Below are positions 60,199-64,000 of a DNA stretch of 64,000 nucleotides, piece after piece. Source of the DNA: an uncultured Gammaproteobacteria bacterium (GTDB taxonomy: Bacteria; Patescibacteriota; Microgenomatia; Levybacterales; GWA1-39-11). Both the position numbers and the translations under genes were made by a program. Numbering within the stretch: the first letter of the stretch is position 1; every line of letters begins with the position of its first letter. The stretch is taken from contig CAZIAP010000001.1 of assembly GCA_964537315.1 (NCBI GenBank), forward strand, positions 221,938 through 285,937, written 5' to 3'. The notes beneath the pieces were generated by a model. The model ran no database searches and was not told the origin of the DNA. It worked only from the letters and a program-made list of their open reading frames with translations.

Positions 60199-61523
60199 AC
60201 TTTTTCGTCTAATACTTCAATCTTTGCGCCTAATGCCTGAAGTCTTTCGTGAAAGCTCTCGTAACCTCTTTCTACTTGCTCTATGCCAAACACAACACTT
60301 TCTCCGTTTGCAAGAAGAGAGGCAATAACCAGAGTAGCACCTGCTCGAAGATCATATACAGTTAACACGCCTTCGTGGAGTTTGGTTTTTCCTCGTATCT
60401 TAAGTCCCTGTTCATAGACTTTTTCAGAGTCATAATTGAAATTGTATGTTTTTTCTGGATTTTGAACTTCCGGAGAAAACATTTCGAGTTTGGCTCCCAT
60501 TTTTGCAAGCTCTGTAACATACGCAAATCTATTTTCATAAATTGTCTCGTGAATGATTGACTCTCCATCTGCCTGTGTCATCAAAATTGACCATGGACCT
60601 TGCCAGTCAGTCATAAATCCTGGATGCGGTTCCGTGATAACATCTACTGGTTTTATCCCATTGGGCATATAAAACCTAACCGCTCCATTATTCTCGTCCC
60701 ATTCGCCTCCTGCTTTTTTGAATACATCTAGAAATGTTTGCATGTCGGAAAGCTCAGCATTTTTCATCAGCACTTTCCCGCCTGTTACAGCTGAGATCAC
60801 AGCAAATGTTACTGATTCATTTCTGTCAGGCATAATAGTATGTGTAGCTCCATGAAGTGTTTCAACACCATTTATTTCGATCGTACGTGGCGCAGTTCTA
60901 GTTACGTCCGCCCCCATATTATTGAGCAATAAAATTAAATCGTCAATCTCTGGTTCTTGAGCTGCATTATGTAGAACAGTTTTTCCTTTTGCCAGCACGG
61001 CTGCCAAGATGAGTGTTTCTGTACCGGTGTGTGTATTTTTTTCAAATGTATACTCTGTCCCTACTAATCCATCAGTACTCGCATGAAAGTATCCATCTGC
61101 ACTGGTATACCCGATAGTTGCCCCCATTCGTTCCAGACCCTCAATATGTCTATCAATTGGACGTGCACCTATACGACACCCGCCTGGGTTTGGAATCTGC
61201 GCTTCTTTTGTTCTCGCCAAAAGAGGGGCTAGAAACATGGAAGAAGTTTTAACTTTTGCGCCGATATCAAGAGGTATTTTATTTTTAAGAACCTGTTTCA
61301 CCCTTACTCTAACTGTGTGATCCTGCAATTCCACTTCTCCCCCAATCGCTTTAATAAGATCAAGCATTATCAGAAAGTCACTTATTAGCGGAACGTTCTG
61401 CAAAATCACCTCTTCACTCGTTAGACAAGAAGCGATCAAAGCTTTTGTGACGACATTTTTTGATCCAGAGATAACTACTTCCCCTTGTAATGGCAGCCCT
61501 CCTGTAATTTTATATCTTTTCAT
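60195..61523 (-). CDS. murA: UDP-N-acetylglucosamine 1-carboxyvinyltransferase
   Basis: MKRYKITGGLPLQGEVVISGSKNVVTKALIAS and catalytic-Cys loop PNPGGCRIGARPIDRH. Confidence 0.9.
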   Translation of the reverse strand: MKRYKITGGLPLQGEVVISGSKNVVTKALIASCLTSEEVILQNVPLISDFLIMLDLIKAIGGEVELQDHTVRVRVKQVLKNKIPLDIGAKVKTSSMFLAPLLARTKEAQIPNPGGCRIGARPIDRHIEGLERMGATIGYTSADGYFHASTDGLVGTEYTFEKNTHTGTETLILAAVLAKGKTVLHNAAQEPEIDDLILLLNNMGADVTRTAPRTIEINGVETLHGATHTIMPDRNESVTFAVISAVTGGKVLMKNAELSDMQTFLDVFKKAGGEWDENNGAVRFYMPNGIKPVDVITEPHPGFMTDWQGPWSILMTQADGESIIHETIYENRFAYVTELAKMGAKLEMFSPEVQNPEKTYNFNYDSEKVYEQGLKIRGKTKLHEGVLTVYDLRAGATLVIASLLANGESVVFGIEQVERGYESFHERLQALGAKIEVLDEKV

Positions 61524-61541
61524 AAATCTCCATACTCTATA

Positions 61542-62993
61542 CTATTTTTCTACCAGCTTATTACTAATTTTATAAACATCTCCTGCTCCCATGGTTACAA
61601 TAACATACTCAGCAGAATTATAGTTTTGAGTACAGTATTCTACCATATTATCCACAGACTCAATAAATTGAGCGTCTGTACTGCTAACTATTTGATCATA
61701 TAATTTTCTTTGCTCATTTTCATCTACCTTTTCTTCTCTAGCTGATGGAAAAATGGGAAGTAATAATAACTTATCTGTATCTTCATAAGCACTACAGAAT
61801 TGATGAATAAGTTTTTCCGTGCGAGAAAAGGTGTGTGGTTGAAATATAGTAATTATTTTTTTATCGGGATATGTTGACCTTAGTGCAGTCAATGTAGCCT
61901 TAATTTCAGCCGGATGATGAGCATAGTCATCAATGACTATAGCACCCCCGATTGTTGTACCTATGAGCTCTAATCTCCTTTTGGTACCTGTAAACTTTTT
62001 AAGTCCTTGCTCTATATCGTCAAACTGAATTCCGAGAGAGTGCAGTAATGCAACCGCGGATAAAGAGTTTATAGCATTATGCATTCCGATCACTGGAACA
62101 GATATTGTGCCCAATAAGCTTCCATCTCGCAAAACCTCGTATTTTACGCCAGCAAGTGTATTACTGATATCTACTGCCTGGTATGTGTTATTGCTATCTG
62201 TCCCGAACGTTACCACACTTACACCACTCTGAATAAAATTCACTACTCTTTTATATTCCGGATTATCTCCTGAAATTGTCAGCACCCCTCCGCTCTGAAT
62301 ATTGCTTACAAATTTTTCGAAAGCAACATATATGCTCTCCAGATCATCAAACACATCAGGATGATCAAAGTCTATGTTAGTAATAACTGCACCGAACGGA
62401 TACTGATAATGAAATTTAGGTACGCGATCATATTTTAAATCAGAAAAATATTCATCGGATTCTGCAACGAAATATTCTCCGGTTCCATAATAACCTGCAT
62501 CACCAAGCGAGGCAACTCCCCCTGTACCGATTAAATAAGATGGGTCTTTACCTGCATATTTTAAGATAGTAGCAATCATTGCGGATGTTGTTGTTTTTCC
62601 ATGAGAACCTGCAACTGAAATCCCTTTTATATCTTGACGATTAAGCAACTCTCCTGACTGAAATTTGCCTAACGCCTGACCAAACGTGAGAGTGTTTATT
62701 CCCAACTCTCTTGCTCGCAGCACTTGAGGATTCTCCTGCCCTCCGTGAGACGCAGAGTAAATAACAATAGCCTCATCCGTAGAGCTATCTAAAAACTTAT
62801 TGATGCTTTCCAATTCAAAACCTATATCAATTCCGATACCGTTTCTGCTTAACATTTCACTGGTAATAAAATCCTCTCCAACATCGCTTCCATGTACGTC
62901 CAAACCTGCTTGTTTAGCAATTACGGCTAGTGCAGCCATCCCAACCCCTTTTATTCCAACAAAATATACTTTTTTATATGATTTGTTCCCCAT
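61542..62993 (-). CDS. murC: UDP-N-acetylmuramate--L-alanine ligase
   Basis: VYFVGIKGVGMAALAVI N-terminal Rossmann. VAGSHGKTTTSAMIA P-loop. Mur ligase C-terminal domain. Confidence 0.9.
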   Translation of the reverse strand: MGNKSYKKVYFVGIKGVGMAALAVIAKQAGLDVHGSDVGEDFITSEMLSRNGIGIDIGFELESINKFLDSSTDEAIVIYSASHGGQENPQVLRARELGINTLTFGQALGKFQSGELLNRQDIKGISVAGSHGKTTTSAMIATILKYAGKDPSYLIGTGGVASLGDAGYYGTGEYFVAESDEYFSDLKYDRVPKFHYQYPFGAVITNIDFDHPDVFDDLESIYVAFEKFVSNIQSGGVLTISGDNPEYKRVVNFIQSGVSVVTFGTDSNNTYQAVDISNTLAGVKYEVLRDGSLLGTISVPVIGMHNAINSLSAVALLHSLGIQFDDIEQGLKKFTGTKRRLELIGTTIGGAIVIDDYAHHPAEIKATLTALRSTYPDKKIITIFQPHTFSRTEKLIHQFCSAYEDTDKLLLLPIFPSAREEKVDENEQRKLYDQIVSSTDAQFIESVDNMVEYCTQNYNSAEYVIVTMGAGDVYKISNKLVEK

Positions 62994-62997
62994 ATAG

Positions 62998-63699
62998 TTA
63001 TAGTTCCTTCATCCCTATCACTGTCATAAACTCACCAAATGTATCAGAGCTATCTCCGCGATAAGAAAAATATGAATCAAGGTTACATTTAGTACACTTA
63101 CCTGACATCTTTATGTTGTCGACATGAATTCCTTCTTTTTCCGCAACATTTTTGGCAACTTTTGGTAGGTCTAAAAATATCTTATCACCATGATACCTAA
63201 AAATATCTTCTGAATTTAGCAAATTACTAAAGCTCTCCGCCCGCTTTTCATCAATATCATAACAACAAGAACCGATACATGGTCCGATTGAAAGTTGGAT
63301 TGATTTATTTGATGCACCAAGCTCTCTAGCGGCAATAATTAGATTTGAAACAACACCTGCAAGCAAACCTTTATACCCAGCATGAGCGATTCCGACTACA
63401 CCAGCATGTAGATCAACTATGCTTACAGGAACACAGTCAGCGGTAACCACTCCGAGAAAAACATGGGGACGATTTGTGACCAACCCATCCGCGTTTTCAA
63501 CTATCTGTGGGGTATCTTCATCAACACTTACAACTGTATCTCCGTGTACTTGTTTCATAAAATGTGTAGAATTGTAAGGAATTTCCAACTTTTCTAAGAA
63601 TTGCTGTACATTGCCTCGTTGTAAAATTCGATTGGACATCATACTTCCATCTGACCTGTGAGAAACTGCTGAGACAACATGTAGATTATTACTTTTCAT
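62998..63699 (-). CDS. pgeF: YfiH/PgeF (DUF152) family purine-nucleoside phosphorylase / peptidoglycan editing factor
   Basis: HGDTVV; VVTADCVPVSIVD; IAHAGYKGL; GPCIGSCCYDID are conserved His/Cys/His site motifs of the family. Confidence 0.8.
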   Translation of the reverse strand: MKSNNLHVVSAVSHRSDGSMMSNRILQRGNVQQFLEKLEIPYNSTHFMKQVHGDTVVSVDEDTPQIVENADGLVTNRPHVFLGVVTADCVPVSIVDLHAGVVGIAHAGYKGLLAGVVSNLIIAARELGASNKSIQLSIGPCIGSCCYDIDEKRAESFSNLLNSEDIFRYHGDKIFLDLPKVAKNVAEKEGIHVDNIKMSGKCTKCNLDSYFSYRGDSSDTFGEFMTVIGMKEL

Positions 63700-64000
63700 A
63701 TTTTTTCAATATACTATTTATCACTTCATAATCACTCCAAGGAATTTCTCCATTTCCCAAGTTCATAGATTGCTCATGTCCTTTTCCAGTGACAACAACA
63801 ATATCACCCTTTTCCGCTACTGACAAGGCAAGCTTAATTGCCTCGCGTCTATCCGGAATTTTATATACATACTTATTATCTTTAGAGTTCTTAGATTGAA
63901 CCTGCTTTCCTTCTGCTTGTCGAGTATCTGAATCTTTGACTGTGAAATTATTAGATATACCTGTTGCAATCTGGTCAATAATATTTTCTACTTTCTCGCT
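63689..64000 (-). CDS. murE: Partial (3' end only) UDP-MurNAc-L-Ala-D-Glu--diamino-acid ligase MurE-like C-terminus
   Basis: My translation of the minus strand gives ...DRREAIKLALSVAEKGDIVVVTGKGHEQSMNLGNGEIPWSDYEVINSILKKYEK*, matching the MurE/Mur-ligase C-terminal motif (D-R-x-E-A-I...GD-x-V-x-x-AGKGHE). The stop TAA at 63691-63689 overlaps the pgeF start ATG. The gene continues beyond the window. Confidence 0.65.
   Translation of the reverse strand, partial: SEKVENIIDQIATGISNNFTVKDSDTRQAEGKQVQSKNSKDNKYVYKIPDRREAIKLALSVAEKGDIVVVTGKGHEQSMNLGNGEIPWSDYEVINSILKKYEK

Overview
The window is a 64-kb chromosomal segment from a low-GC (~38%) bacterium, dense in small, tightly packed or overlapping genes. 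It uses the standard genetic code: TAA, TAG and TGA all terminate ORFs, and no in-frame TGA recoding is needed. Gene content and organisation suggest a small-genome, Gram-positive-type or candidate-phyla-radiation (Patescibacteria)-like lineage; this is inference only. Supporting traits are lipid II amidation by MurT/GatD, a short F1 delta subunit, a tiny FtsQ-like protein, little Shine-Dalgarno usage, and many glycosyltransferases. Housekeeping blocks are: tRNA-Gly and tRNA-Asp flanking a LysM protein, DNA polymerase X (polX), a LemA-family membrane protein (lemA), murT-gatD, gatC-(ASCH-like)-gatA-gatB, a degenerate GGDEF protein, dnaE, the complete F-type ATP synthase operon (atpBEFHAGDC), rplU-rpmA-parB, ileS-rodA, a phosphohexomutase, and a dcw-type cell-wall and division cluster (murE'-pgeF-murC-murA-NTase-GNAT-murF-mraY-ftsW-murG-ftsQ-like-ftsA-ftsZ). 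The most interesting accessory content is: (i) a 1898-aa membrane-anchored multidomain surface protein carrying a glycoside-hydrolase-like module, a Cna-B/SdrD-B-like module, a canonical two-segment dockerin and a PQQ-like beta-propeller, immediately followed by a gene encoding a cohesin-like domain protein, which together form a candidate cellulosome-like cohesin-dockerin surface system; (ii) a 10-gene surface-glycan or glycoconjugate assembly locus comprising a Wzy_C ligase-like protein, two GT-C membrane glycosyltransferases, an ArnC/Ppm1-like GT2, a Wzx flippase, GT2 and GT4 glycosyltransferases and a methyltransferase, with a divergent secreted Asp-box propeller plus C39-like peptidase fusion protein; (iii) a REP-associated tyrosine transposase (RAYT, IS200-like HuH-Y1) bracketed by four copies of the palindrome AAGGTT(G/C)AACCTT, next to a secreted intradiol-dioxygenase-like protein; and (iv) a MurF whose canonical N-terminal domain is replaced by a ~170-aa polytopic membrane segment, beside a split GlmU-like pair (uridylyltransferase-like NTase plus GNAT). 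No rRNA, CRISPR array or cas genes were seen.
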